Notes: generated from the sequence alone by a model not told the origin. 59,004 nucleotides of DNA from an archaeon (GCA_043817405.1 JBDRGV010000036.1:1-59004), one strand, 5' to 3'; counted from the first letter of the stretch, positions 1 to 9,682 are shown. Numbers and translations: made by a program.

Positions 1-1208
1 CAGTAACCATAACCGTTGACTGTGAAGAAGATTTGGTTGAAGACAGCGGTGGTGGAAGCGGAGGCGGTGGAAGTTCTGCCATGTGTGTCTCTGAATGGGT
101 GTGCAGCCCTTGGACCAAATGTTCGTCGGATGGATTCACAACCAGAGTTTGTGAAGATATGAACAGATGCAATATGGATTATTACATACATGAAATGGAA
201 TTATCATGCATCTATGTTCCGCCCGTTGAATGTTTTGAAGATTGGACCTGCAAAGAATGGGGTCCTTGTATGCCTGGAGATAAAAAAACAAGAGATTGTA
301 AAGATCAAAACAATTGTGGAACCGAAGAAAGTAAACCTGAAATAGAAGAAGAATGCATCTACATACCAACCTGCACAGACAAGGTTCAAAATCAAGGAGA
401 AACCGGTGTTGACTGTGGCGGGCCCTGTTTACCTTGTAAAAAAATAGAAATTCCTGGTGTTATAAAAGAACAAAAAAATATTATTTCAGCAGCCATAATA
501 GGATCGATATTCTTAATTATGTCGCTTTTAATTGTTTACAAGTATTTCTACAAAGAAATAAACTCTACGGCTACAAAATTAAAATTAGCACTTATTAGAA
601 AGCATACTAAGAGAATTCTTTTATCTGACAAAGATAAAACCTATTTGTTGGATGAACTAGACAAACTTGAAAAAAGTCTTACTGGCAATAATAGTTTTCA
701 AAAAGCCATGGAGCTAACCGTTCTTTGTAGAGGTTATTTCTCCAGCATATTCAAAATACCCATAACCGCTGAGAAAGAATTAATTGAGAAGTATAATAAG
801 CAGTTAAAAATTAAAGAGTTATTATCAAATGTGTTCTTGTCTTTCTTTGATAAGACTGTTTTGGTTGAAACAAAGAAAACTCAGATGTTTAAAACCGATG
901 TGCTTGTTTTGATAGAAGAATTGCGAGAGATAATTCATCTAACGGCTAAATTTACAAAAACCGATATTCATAGTGAAATAAAGGAGATTGCTATTTTGAA
1001 GAACGACAACCCAATGTTGGCTTTGAAAAAACATTTATTTAACATATATATTGCTATGCATTTCGATGAGATTGAAGTAGTCAAACAAAAATATGCTGAG
1101 ATTCTAAAGAATTATGAATCTCTTTCTGAAGCTGATAAAGGTAAAGTTTACGATGATATGAATCGCCTCTTTTATGAAGTTGGTTATTTTCTTAGTATGT
1201 TCAAGTAA
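1..1208 (+). CDS. Cys-rich-repeat surface protein with one TM helix and a cytoplasmic helical tail (5' end cut by the window edge)
   Basis: The frame is open from nt 3 to the window edge, so the TTG at 33 in the ORF track is probably internal. The ectodomain has two CxxxWxCxxWxxC..RxCxDxNxC modules and a TGVDCGGPCLPC module. A TM helix (IISAAIIGSIFLIMSLLIVY) follows, then a ~200-aa helical tail that aligns with ORF 5541..6218. Confidence 0.7.
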   Translation, partial: VTITVDCEEDLVEDSGGGSGGGGSSAMCVSEWVCSPWTKCSSDGFTTRVCEDMNRCNMDYYIHEMELSCIYVPPVECFEDWTCKEWGPCMPGDKKTRDCKDQNNCGTEESKPEIEEECIYIPTCTDKVQNQGETGVDCGGPCLPCKKIEIPGVIKEQKNIISAAIIGSIFLIMSLLIVYKYFYKEINSTATKLKLALIRKHTKRILLSDKDKTYLLDELDKLEKSLTGNNSFQKAMELTVLCRGYFSSIFKIPITAEKELIEKYNKQLKIKELLSNVFLSFFDKTVLVETKKTQMFKTDVLVLIEELREIIHLTAKFTKTDIHSEIKEIAILKNDNPMLALKKHLFNIYIAMHFDEIEVVKQKYAEILKNYESLSEADKGKVYDDMNRLFYEVGYFLSMFK

Positions 1209-1263
1209 ATTCTTTTTTTAGTAACTATTTCTTTTAAAATCGCAATATTTATATAGGTTAAAA

Positions 1264-1331
1264 ATAAGTTACATATATAAACACAGTAACCTTAGTGAAA
1301 TAAGTTACATAAGCTAAATAAGTTAACTTAT
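1264..1331. promoter_or_regulatory. Three ATAAGTTA-type repeats (1264-1274, 1300-1310, 1318-1331); the third is a perfect 14-bp palindrome ATAAGTTAACTTAT. Putative operator upstream of the RHH genes
   Basis: Read directly: ATAAGTTACAT occurs twice, then ATAAGTTAACTTAT. Repeat starts are spaced 36 and 18 nt apart. The palindrome lies 17-30 nt upstream of the ATG at 1348, where a TATA/BRE would sit for a leaderless mRNA. A TTTATATA box is also present at 1248-1255. Confidence 0.45.
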
Positions 1332-1347
1332 TTGTCTGGTCGACGAA

Positions 1348-1485
1348 ATGACAAACATCAACATAGAAATACCAAATGACATACATAAGAAAATAAAGCT
1401 TAAAGCAGTTCTAAACGATTTAACAATAAAAGATCACATAATAAAAACTCTAGAAAAAAAATTCTCAAAGAAAAAATCGCAGTAA
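1348..1485 (+). CDS. Small ribbon-helix-helix (CopG/Arc/MetJ-like) DNA-binding protein, 45 aa
   Basis: Below the ORF-track length cutoff. My translation: MTNINIEIPNDIHKKIKLKAVLNDLTIKDHIIKTLEKKFSKKKSQ. It shows a short beta strand (INIEIP) followed by two helices. A paralog starts 1 nt after its stop. Confidence 0.6.
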   Translation: MTNINIEIPNDIHKKIKLKAVLNDLTIKDHIIKTLEKKFSKKKSQ

Positions 1486-1486
1486 A

Positions 1487-1612
1487 ATGACCAACATAAA
1501 CATAGAGCTACCGGACGAAATACATAAAATCATCAAACTAGAAGCCGTAAAACAAGATTCTACAATAAAAGAACTAGTAATCAAAACACTAAAAGAGGAT
1601 TTGAAAGGATGA
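1487..1612 (+). CDS. Small ribbon-helix-helix protein, 41 aa, paralog of 1348..1485
   Basis: MTNINIELPDEIHKIIKLEAVKQDSTIKELVIKTLKEDLKG. Its TGA stop (1610-1612) overlaps the ATG (1609-1611) of the 1311-aa gene, an ATGA coupling. Confidence 0.6.
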   Translation: MTNINIELPDEIHKIIKLEAVKQDSTIKELVIKTLKEDLKG

Positions 1613-4600
1613 AAAAAAACGCATTTAATAGACTAACATTGGCATTCATCCTAGTTCTAGTAATAATCATATCATCACAATCAGTTGACTTTTACAAACC
1701 AGTAACCCTGGGAGATTGGATTACCAATAACCTAACGGTTGCCAGATCAGATTCAGTAATAGTCTGTAGATGGAACGCAACAAAAGACACAACCTATACA
1801 ACAGTCACATGGTATCTAAATGGAAACTCAACACCTGCAGATCTTGGATTATATTACAACCCCATGAACACAAGCAGAAATTGGGAACCACTACCTTTAG
1901 AACTGGATGAAGAACAAACATGGAACTGCACAGTCAGATTACATAATTCAACCCACAATATAACCTCATCAGCAAAAATATATGTTGACTATGATCCACT
2001 AGTATACATTGGAGGTTCACAACTAAACAGAACCTACTCATTTTATGAAGACCAGCAATACACACTAACATGGAACACCACCAGAGATGCAACAGATTAT
2101 TTTTTGACAGGAGGATCAGGACTGTGCACAGAAACAACAGACGGAACTGCAACCTGCGCGCCAACAAATACCCATTTAGGAATTGACAAAGATACTTCAA
2201 ATTCTCTCACTGTAAAATTCCAATACGAAGATAGTGACGAAGACACACAAGGAAACACCATCACCTTCACAATCATACCTGTAAACGATGCACCAACATT
2301 CAACCTTCCAGAAACAACAACCATAAATGAAAGTGAAACAAAAATATTCACAATAACAGTATCTGACGAAGAAAATAATTTTCCAATAAACTTCACATAT
2401 GACACAACAGATTTCTGCACAGTAACCAACACATCAAACACCATAATATTCACTTGCACACCCGGTGCATCAGACGTTGGAAATTACACTTTGAACATGA
2501 GCGCATTAGACAATCCACCCTACAACGAAACCTATCCACTAACACCATTAAACTCTTCATTGGTCGGCTTTAAAATCGTAGTTCAAAAAGTAAACCACGA
2601 CCCAAACATAACCTATGTAAGCAATGATAACAGCACACAAGGACTGGCTCATACCATAAGAATGAATGCATCAGATATGCTTGACAACAACACAATGACC
2701 TTTGCAATAACGAGTGCTTGCAACATAACAAATCCATGGACAGGAACACAAACAACATCAAACATAATCTATGACGGAGAAAACATTTCCAGCTATGCAA
2801 ACGCCACCTGGACCGGAACACTAACAAACAACCACATAATATGTAGAGCCATAACCATAACAGTGACCGACCCATACGGTGGAACAAACTCAACAACACT
2901 AACATTAAACATATCAAACAAAAACGACCCACCAACCATACACAACATAAGCCACACAAACGGAGACGTTCTAGGAAACAGACAAATAGACAACCTAACG
3001 GCCTACACCGACTCACCATTCCTATACCAAGTAAACACTAGCGACATAGACCTGGATGTAACCTACAACTCGGCAATAGACTCATTCAACGAATCACTAA
3101 CCTATTCCAGCAACAGCACCTGGTTAAACTACTTCCTAAATAGCCTAACCGGACTCATAAACGTCGGTGCAGGCAATATGACCCTAACAACAGGAAACTA
3201 CTCCTATTTAATAAACGTCACAGACAACGGACCAGAACACTACAACAGAACAAAAATAATGAACCTGGAAGTACAACCAAACAGTCCACCAACATTCAAC
3301 CAAACACTAAACTTTTCATGCCAAGAATACGACGGAATAAACCATGTAGGTAATTGTAACCTAAATCTAAGTCCATATACAAATGATATAAATCCAGGAG
3401 ACTATGTTGCTAACTTCTCAGATAACTCACCACACATCAACATCAGCAACAGCGGAACAATCACATTAGTAGCATCGCAAGAACTAGTCAACAGCCACCG
3501 ATTCAACGTAACCATAACAGACACAAAAGGCGCAAATACAACCGTGGCAATGTACTATTACATATACAACACCAACAACAAACCAAACATCACAAACATA
3601 GCTGCGAGAACACCCCAAACAGGACTATTATATCTCAACGTACCACAAAACAATATCATACCAATAACAGTAAGCGATTTAGACGAAGAGTTGAATGAAA
3701 CAAACATCAACAGTCTAAGATACGCCTATGAAAACCTCTTCCTGAACTGGTCAAGCGGATACAGCGAGCTGACAGGACACATAACCATCAACCAAAGCAA
3801 TGACAAACTAATAATCGACACCTCACTAGGAATTGGAACATTCAAAATCAACATAACAGTCAAAGATAACTATGAAAACCACTCCGGAAATGGTTCAACA
3901 GAGGACTCGGACATATATGAATACTCATTCATAATCTATAATGGAACCGACCCGCCAGTAATCTCATTAATCTATCCATACGGAAAACCATGGTCAACCT
4001 ACACGAACTTTTCATGGAAAAATGTGACAAATGTAAATCCTGGAGAAACAGCCATAAACGTGACAGAAAACACAACCATATTCTTCAACCACACACCAAC
4101 AGATGATAATGTAAGTCAACTATCATACAAATGGTATTATGACGGAACAAAATTAAGTTTGACAAACAAACTAAACTATAACTCAACTGCAAGACTATTA
4201 AACGGCAACAGATCAGTAAACTTCACGTTTGGGTTCTTCGAAGCAACAGCGTTTAGCAACAAAAAACATAACCTGACATTGGTAGTAATTGATGGAGATG
4301 ACAAAACACTAAATGACACGTTCAAATGGAACATAACCGTAAGCGACAAAAACAGAGCACCAATACTCAACGAACCAATTCCAAACATAACAATGTCAGA
4401 CGGAAACAGACAAGTAAGCGAAAGCGACCTATGGAGCATATCATCCGCTTACGGATTCTACGATCCAGACTTTGACCTTGACGGAGATGGAAGCGTAGAA
4501 AAAGGCGAAATAAACAACTCACTAACATACAATGTTTCAGACTCCACATGCGGAGAACTAGCAACAATAGACGTTTCAAACCCATACTACCAACTAAAAG

Positions 4601-5544
4601 ACATAAATACAAACATCACATGGGTTTGGGGACACGGAATGATTGTAACAGGAAATTTCAACGGAACCTGCAACGTAACATTCACCGTAAGCGACGGACA
4701 ATACGAAGTAGAAAGCAACCCGGTATTTATCAACGTAAGCGTAGCAGGATCACAAAACACAGTGGTAATAACCACTTCATCAGGAGGCGGAGGAACCACA
4801 ACCGTAACAACAACAATCCCATACCCTGAAGAAGTAGAAAAACCAATACCCATAAACATCATTCTACCGGACATGGTAACAGTCTATGAAAACAACAGCA
4901 TAGACATACCGCTAACAATAACCAATACCTGGAATTCAAGCGTTTACGGAGTCACACTGGGCTATGAAATAAATGATACAAACGAATATGAAGTAAGCTT
5001 TGGCAAAAGATACTTCTACGAAATAAAACCAGGAGAAGAAACAAAAACAGTAATGACCATAACAGGCTATAGAATCGGAGGAATATACGAAATAACCATT
5101 ATTGCAAACGTAACAGACCCTCCATACATTGATCGCGCAAAAATATACTTGAATTCCATAGAACAAACATCCACCGGAGAAATGGTTCGAACATTAATAC
5201 GATTTGCGCGAGATTTATTACAAAGAAACAAAGAGTGTCAAGAAATTGCAGAAGTCCTGCAAAAAGCACAAGAAGCATCTGATAATAACAGATTAGACAC
5301 TGCATTGGAACTGGCCAACTCAGCCATAAATGGTTGCAAATACTTGATAAGTCAAGGACAACAAAATGAAGAAAATCCAACGAGGTTCAGAAGAATATAT
5401 TTGCCTTTGAAAAGAGAATATCTGACCTACCTACTGGCCATTGGAGCCATAGGCCTGCTGGGAGCAGGAGGCTACTTATTATTCAAAAGACCACCAAAAC
5501 CTAAAATAAATGAAACAACAACTGAGAACGAAACCAACTACTAA
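1609..5544 (+). CDS. Giant cadherin-like surface protein (1311 aa), predicted heavily N-glycosylated, C-terminal TM anchor
   Basis: ORF track. N-terminal signal/anchor (LTLAFILVLVIIISSQS). Recurrent cadherin-like domain borders: VNDAPTF, VNHDPNI, NKNDPPTI, PNSPPTF, NNKPNI, KNRAPIL. About 70 N-x-S/T sequons by my manual count. C-terminal TM (YLLAIGAIGLLGAGGYLLF). Confidence 0.85.
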   Translation: MKKNAFNRLTLAFILVLVIIISSQSVDFYKPVTLGDWITNNLTVARSDSVIVCRWNATKDTTYTTVTWYLNGNSTPADLGLYYNPMNTSRNWEPLPLELDEEQTWNCTVRLHNSTHNITSSAKIYVDYDPLVYIGGSQLNRTYSFYEDQQYTLTWNTTRDATDYFLTGGSGLCTETTDGTATCAPTNTHLGIDKDTSNSLTVKFQYEDSDEDTQGNTITFTIIPVNDAPTFNLPETTTINESETKIFTITVSDEENNFPINFTYDTTDFCTVTNTSNTIIFTCTPGASDVGNYTLNMSALDNPPYNETYPLTPLNSSLVGFKIVVQKVNHDPNITYVSNDNSTQGLAHTIRMNASDMLDNNTMTFAITSACNITNPWTGTQTTSNIIYDGENISSYANATWTGTLTNNHIICRAITITVTDPYGGTNSTTLTLNISNKNDPPTIHNISHTNGDVLGNRQIDNLTAYTDSPFLYQVNTSDIDLDVTYNSAIDSFNESLTYSSNSTWLNYFLNSLTGLINVGAGNMTLTTGNYSYLINVTDNGPEHYNRTKIMNLEVQPNSPPTFNQTLNFSCQEYDGINHVGNCNLNLSPYTNDINPGDYVANFSDNSPHINISNSGTITLVASQELVNSHRFNVTITDTKGANTTVAMYYYIYNTNNKPNITNIAARTPQTGLLYLNVPQNNIIPITVSDLDEELNETNINSLRYAYENLFLNWSSGYSELTGHITINQSNDKLIIDTSLGIGTFKINITVKDNYENHSGNGSTEDSDIYEYSFIIYNGTDPPVISLIYPYGKPWSTYTNFSWKNVTNVNPGETAINVTENTTIFFNHTPTDDNVSQLSYKWYYDGTKLSLTNKLNYNSTARLLNGNRSVNFTFGFFEATAFSNKKHNLTLVVIDGDDKTLNDTFKWNITVSDKNRAPILNEPIPNITMSDGNRQVSESDLWSISSAYGFYDPDFDLDGDGSVEKGEINNSLTYNVSDSTCGELATIDVSNPYYQLKDINTNITWVWGHGMIVTGNFNGTCNVTFTVSDGQYEVESNPVFINVSVAGSQNTVVITTSSGGGGTTTVTTTIPYPEEVEKPIPINIILPDMVTVYENNSIDIPLTITNTWNSSVYGVTLGYEINDTNEYEVSFGKRYFYEIKPGEETKTVMTITGYRIGGIYEITIIANVTDPPYIDRAKIYLNSIEQTSTGEMVRTLIRFARDLLQRNKECQEIAEVLQKAQEASDNNRLDTALELANSAINGCKYLISQGQQNEENPTRFRRIYLPLKREYLTYLLAIGAIGLLGAGGYLLFKRPPKPKINETTTENETNY

Positions 5545-6218
5545 GAATTTTCTATTGATTGATAAACAGAATTAAGAGTTTCATAGTAAGCCATTTTTTC
5601 ATCATCGGAAAGAGCACTATATTCTTGAAGAACCTGTTTGTAAAGTTCTACGGCGCTATCAACATCACTGTTGTAAAGACTGTAGTATATTTTTTCCAAC
5701 AAACTATTAATCTCGACATGCCCGGCTTTTTTAGGATCCAGGTTTTCAAGCGGAAGTAAAACCGCCGATTGTACATCAACAACATTCACTTTTTCTCGTT
5801 TCTTTGAAAGTTTCTTTCGCCAATTGCGAAAAATAATGCTTCCGACACGTGCACTCTTCTCAATGGTCGTCGGAACAAGCAAATAATCTAAGAAATTCTT
5901 AAATTCATTGAGAAAACTCCTCAATTCATCCTCAGAATAAATAACCTGAGAATATTCAAACATAAACACTTTTTCTATGAATTTAAAAAAATCTGCGCGA
6001 ATACTAAAAGGAATGTAAATATTTTTTAATTCTAAAAAAAGCTCGTCTTTGGTAAATTCATATTTAAGGTTCAAATAATCCTTCAAAAAACTCTTAATAA
6101 GATAGTAAACTTCATTGCCCGTTAACAATCCTTTTGATATTAAATAATTAGTATCTCTCAGAATATTACGTCTCAATACAGCTTTCGCTTCTACCTCACC
6201 TACTTTTCCCTCTTCCAT
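5541..6218 (-). CDS. Soluble helical protein, stand-alone paralog of the cytoplasmic tail of ORF 1..1208
   Basis: ORF track. The C-terminal LLEKIYYSLYNSDVDSAVELYKQVLQEYSALSDDEKMAYYETLNSVY aligns with LKKHLFNIYIAMHFDEIEVVKQKYAEILKNYESLSEADKGKVYDDMNRLF of ORF 1..1208. The stop codons of this gene and of 1609..5544 overlap convergently. Confidence 0.65.
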   Translation of the reverse strand: MEEGKVGEVEAKAVLRRNILRDTNYLISKGLLTGNEVYYLIKSFLKDYLNLKYEFTKDELFLELKNIYIPFSIRADFFKFIEKVFMFEYSQVIYSEDELRSFLNEFKNFLDYLLVPTTIEKSARVGSIIFRNWRKKLSKKREKVNVVDVQSAVLLPLENLDPKKAGHVEINSLLEKIYYSLYNSDVDSAVELYKQVLQEYSALSDDEKMAYYETLNSVYQSIENS

Positions 6219-6327
6219 TATTAGAAACCTATAACTCTAAGAATATTTAAAATATTCGTTTTTAACAGTTACTCTTCGAAAGTGGGCTAAAAAAGTTTTT
6301 ATAGGATAAATGAAATAAACTACACAT

Positions 6328-7341
6328 ATGACAGATATAGCTATAAAAAACACCCATAAAAATCCTGAAGTAGAAAAAGAAGTCAAAGAACTTAATATTA
6401 AAATCAACAAAGTAAAAGAAGAAATAAGACGAGTGCTGGTAGGACAAGAAGAAGTCTTGAATTCTCTATTCGAAGCATTACTCTCAAACGGACACGTACT
6501 AGTAGAGGGAATCCCTGGAATAGGAAAAACTTTGCTTGTAAGAGCACTATCCCAAGCAGCCGGAAGCGTATTCTCAAGAATACAATTCACACCGGACCTA
6601 CTGCCAACAGACATCCTGGGAATAACAACCTATGAAGAAGGAAAAGGATTCTACACAGTAAAAGGACCTATTTTCACGAATTTCCTACTGGCAGACGAGA
6701 TAAACCGATCACCACCAAAAGTACAATCAGCGCTACTAGAAGGAATGCAGGAAAGACAAGTAACAATTGGAAAAGAAACATTCATACTACCACACCCATT
6801 CCTAGTAATGGCCACCCAAAACCCATTAGAACAACTAGGAACCTATAAACTGCCAGAAGCGCAGGTCGACCGATTCCTATACAAAGTAATCATAACCTAT
6901 CCAAAACCCGATGAAGAAAAACAAATCCTAAAGAAAAACATAACAACATCAAAATTTGAAGATTACTCAATCAAACCAATACTATCACCACAGGAAATAA
7001 TAACTGCACAGGAAACAGTTAAAAAAGTGTATTTAGACGATAAAATCGAGAATTACATAATCAAACTAATAGACGCCACCAGACATCCAAAGAAATACAA
7101 TGTTGAAACAGGAAAATACATTGAATATGGAGCCTCACCAAGATCAAGCATTAGTTTATTCATAGCCTCAAAAGCACGCGCAGTTATGAAACAAAGATCC
7201 TACGTCACACAACAAGATATTAAAGACATAGCCCATAATGTTCTAAGACACAGAATAATTGTAAACTTCGAAGGAGAAGCGGAAAACATAAAATCCGAAG
7301 ACATAATTACAGAGATACTCAAAAAAGTACCAATATTATAA
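6328..7341 (+). CDS. MoxR-type AAA+ ATPase
   Basis: Walker A GIPGIGKT, Walker B LLADEINR, and the SPPKVQSALLEGMQERQVTI segment are typical of the MoxR/RavA subfamily. Confidence 0.9.
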   Translation: MTDIAIKNTHKNPEVEKEVKELNIKINKVKEEIRRVLVGQEEVLNSLFEALLSNGHVLVEGIPGIGKTLLVRALSQAAGSVFSRIQFTPDLLPTDILGITTYEEGKGFYTVKGPIFTNFLLADEINRSPPKVQSALLEGMQERQVTIGKETFILPHPFLVMATQNPLEQLGTYKLPEAQVDRFLYKVIITYPKPDEEKQILKKNITTSKFEDYSIKPILSPQEIITAQETVKKVYLDDKIENYIIKLIDATRHPKKYNVETGKYIEYGASPRSSISLFIASKARAVMKQRSYVTQQDIKDIAHNVLRHRIIVNFEGEAENIKSEDIITEILKKVPIL

Positions 7342-7345
7342 GACA

Positions 7346-8248
7346 ATGGCTATAAAAGAGTTAAAGCTGAATCTAAAAAGAAAACTAAAGAAACCAGAAT
7401 TCCAAGTCAGAAGAAAGATTCTTAGCAAAATATTAGAAGGAGAATTGGCCGCATCATCAAAAGGACGAGGAATAGAATTCACAGGTTTCAGAAACTATGT
7501 ATATGGAGACGATGCAAGCACCATTGATTGGCCCGCCAGTCTGAGAGCAAAAGAAACACTTATTCGAGAATACGAAGAATACAGACACTTCCAAATATTC
7601 GTGTTAATGGATGTAAGCAACAGCATGCTATTCTCATCAACAAATAAATTAAAATGTGAATACGCCGCAGACCTGGTGTTTTCATTAGTATACTCAATCG
7701 TAAACTCCGGAAACAAAATAGGCCTTGGACTATTCACCGACGGATTAGTAACAAGACAGGTTCCACAAAACGGAACCAATAATTATTATCGAATGCTGGA
7801 AGATTTAACAAACCCAAATAACTATGGTGGAAATTTCAACCTGAAAAAAACATTGATGCAAACAAGATCATTATTAGGAGAAAAAAGTTTAATAATCATA
7901 GTCTCAGATTTCATAGGATTAGAAAAAGGATGGGAACATTATATTAGAATGCTCACACCAAACTTCGACATACTAGGAATAATGATAAGAGACCCTAGAG
8001 ACAGAGAACTACCAGAAGATGCAGGACAATTCCTAGTGGAAGATCCCTATACTAAAGAAAGAATACAAATAGACACTAAAGACTATGCAGAACTGTATAA
8101 AAAACAAGTTTTAAAAGAAGAAGAAATAAAACATAAATTCCAAGCATCAAGAGCAGGGTTTGTCAGTGTTTCAACAACCGAAGACTTCCTGAAACCATTG
8201 CTCAAATATATAAAAATGAGAGCGAAAATGCTTGCAAAAATATCATAA
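7346..8248 (+). CDS. DUF58-family (vWA-like) protein, MoxR partner
   Basis: YVYGDDASTIDW motif and an MDVSNS MIDAS-like motif. Starts 4 nt after the MoxR stop. Confidence 0.8.
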   Translation: MAIKELKLNLKRKLKKPEFQVRRKILSKILEGELAASSKGRGIEFTGFRNYVYGDDASTIDWPASLRAKETLIREYEEYRHFQIFVLMDVSNSMLFSSTNKLKCEYAADLVFSLVYSIVNSGNKIGLGLFTDGLVTRQVPQNGTNNYYRMLEDLTNPNNYGGNFNLKKTLMQTRSLLGEKSLIIIVSDFIGLEKGWEHYIRMLTPNFDILGIMIRDPRDRELPEDAGQFLVEDPYTKERIQIDTKDYAELYKKQVLKEEEIKHKFQASRAGFVSVSTTEDFLKPLLKYIKMRAKMLAKIS

Positions 8249-8262
8249 AAAAGAGTAATAAA

Positions 8263-9225
8263 ATGGCTGAAATCACGTTTGTACACCCAATGTATCTATG
8301 GTTCCTATTAACCATCCCTCTATTCATAGTCACACACTTCTACCTGCTAAAACATTCAAAGAAAAAAGCCTTCAAATTCGCGAATTTCGAAACAATAAAA
8401 AGAGTGACCGGCGATAAAATAATAACAAAAAACATGACCGTTCTGTTTTCAAGAATAGTAATACTAATACTAGTAATTTTTGCAGTGTCAGGAGCGGTTC
8501 TATGGTATGAAGGCGAAAGCAACAAAAACGATTTCATCATAGCAATTGACACAAGTGCATCCATGAGTGCAGAAGATTTAGAACCAACAAGATTAGATGC
8601 TGCAAAAGAGCATGCAAAACAATTCATAGACTTGCTAAGAACAGACGCCAGAGTTGGAATAGTAACATTCTCGGGGGTTACGTTCATTAACCAGGTTCCC
8701 ACCAATAGCAAGCTCGAACAAAAAAGCTCACTCAACGACATTGACATAGTGCAGGCAGGAGGAACAGATATTCCAGGCGCAATAATAACCGCCGCAAACC
8801 TACTGGCAGATTCAAAAAAAGGAAGAACATTAATACTAATAACAGACGGCAGCAGCACCATAGGAGCGTTCCTAGATAATTCAATCGATGAAGGAATCGC
8901 TTATGCTCTAGATCAACATTTAATAGTACACACAATAGGAACCGGAGGTGTAGGCGAACAACCAATAGGTTACATTCCAGAATACTACAACATAAGCGCT
9001 GTTTACAATGAAAAAAACCTTAAAAGAATAAGTTCAGCAACGGGTGGAAACTATTATCATGCATTCGATAATCAAGCATTAATAGATGCATTCAGAGACA
9101 TATCATCTGACTCTGACAAAGCAATACTACAGGTAGATTTAAGCCTTGGACTAATGCTAATGGTCATGATAATGTTGTTCTTTGAATGGGGACTAATAAA
9201 CATAAGATTTAAAAATATTCCCTGA
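8263..9225 (+). CDS. BatA-like membrane-anchored von Willebrand factor A protein
   Basis: N-terminal BatA-type TM (YLWFLLTIPLFIV), a second TM, vWA MIDAS motif IAIDTSASMS, and a C-terminal TM. Confidence 0.85.
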   Translation: MAEITFVHPMYLWFLLTIPLFIVTHFYLLKHSKKKAFKFANFETIKRVTGDKIITKNMTVLFSRIVILILVIFAVSGAVLWYEGESNKNDFIIAIDTSASMSAEDLEPTRLDAAKEHAKQFIDLLRTDARVGIVTFSGVTFINQVPTNSKLEQKSSLNDIDIVQAGGTDIPGAIITAANLLADSKKGRTLILITDGSSTIGAFLDNSIDEGIAYALDQHLIVHTIGTGGVGEQPIGYIPEYYNISAVYNEKNLKRISSATGGNYYHAFDNQALIDAFRDISSDSDKAILQVDLSLGLMLMVMIMLFFEWGLINIRFKNIP

Positions 9226-9253
9226 TAATAAAACATGATAAAGGTAAAATAAA

Positions 9254-9682
9254 ATGGCAGAAGAAGAAATATTAAAAATTGTGTTAAGCATTCTGTTGGC
9301 ATTTCTAATAGCACAAACATCAAAAGTAATTATTGATTACCAAAAAAATGGTCAATTTGATTGGAGATTATATTTCAAAAATGGAGGAATGCCCTCATCA
9401 CATACTTCAAGCGTGATGGCATTAACAACTGCTATACTAATAGAAACCGGGCTCTCATACTACTTCATAATATGCCTGGTATTCGCAATAATAATCATGA
9501 ACGACGCAATAATGGTTCGAAGAGAAGTTGGTCTGGAAGCAGAAATGATAAACAAAGTACTAGCCAAAGAAAACATTATACACCACAAACTAACTGAAAG
9601 CGTTGGTCACACACCACTACAAGTAACAATCGGATTCTTTGTTGGAATCATCTGCGCACTAGCAGTTTACGCATTCTTTTAG
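9254..9682 (+). CDS. Divergent PAP2 / DUF212 (YuiD-like) membrane phosphatase-family protein
   Basis: GGMPSSHTS, NDAIMVRREVG and GHTPLQV motifs set in a 4-TM scaffold. Confidence 0.7.
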   Translation: MAEEEILKIVLSILLAFLIAQTSKVIIDYQKNGQFDWRLYFKNGGMPSSHTSSVMALTTAILIETGLSYYFIICLVFAIIIMNDAIMVRREVGLEAEMINKVLAKENIIHHKLTESVGHTPLQVTIGFFVGIICALAVYAFF

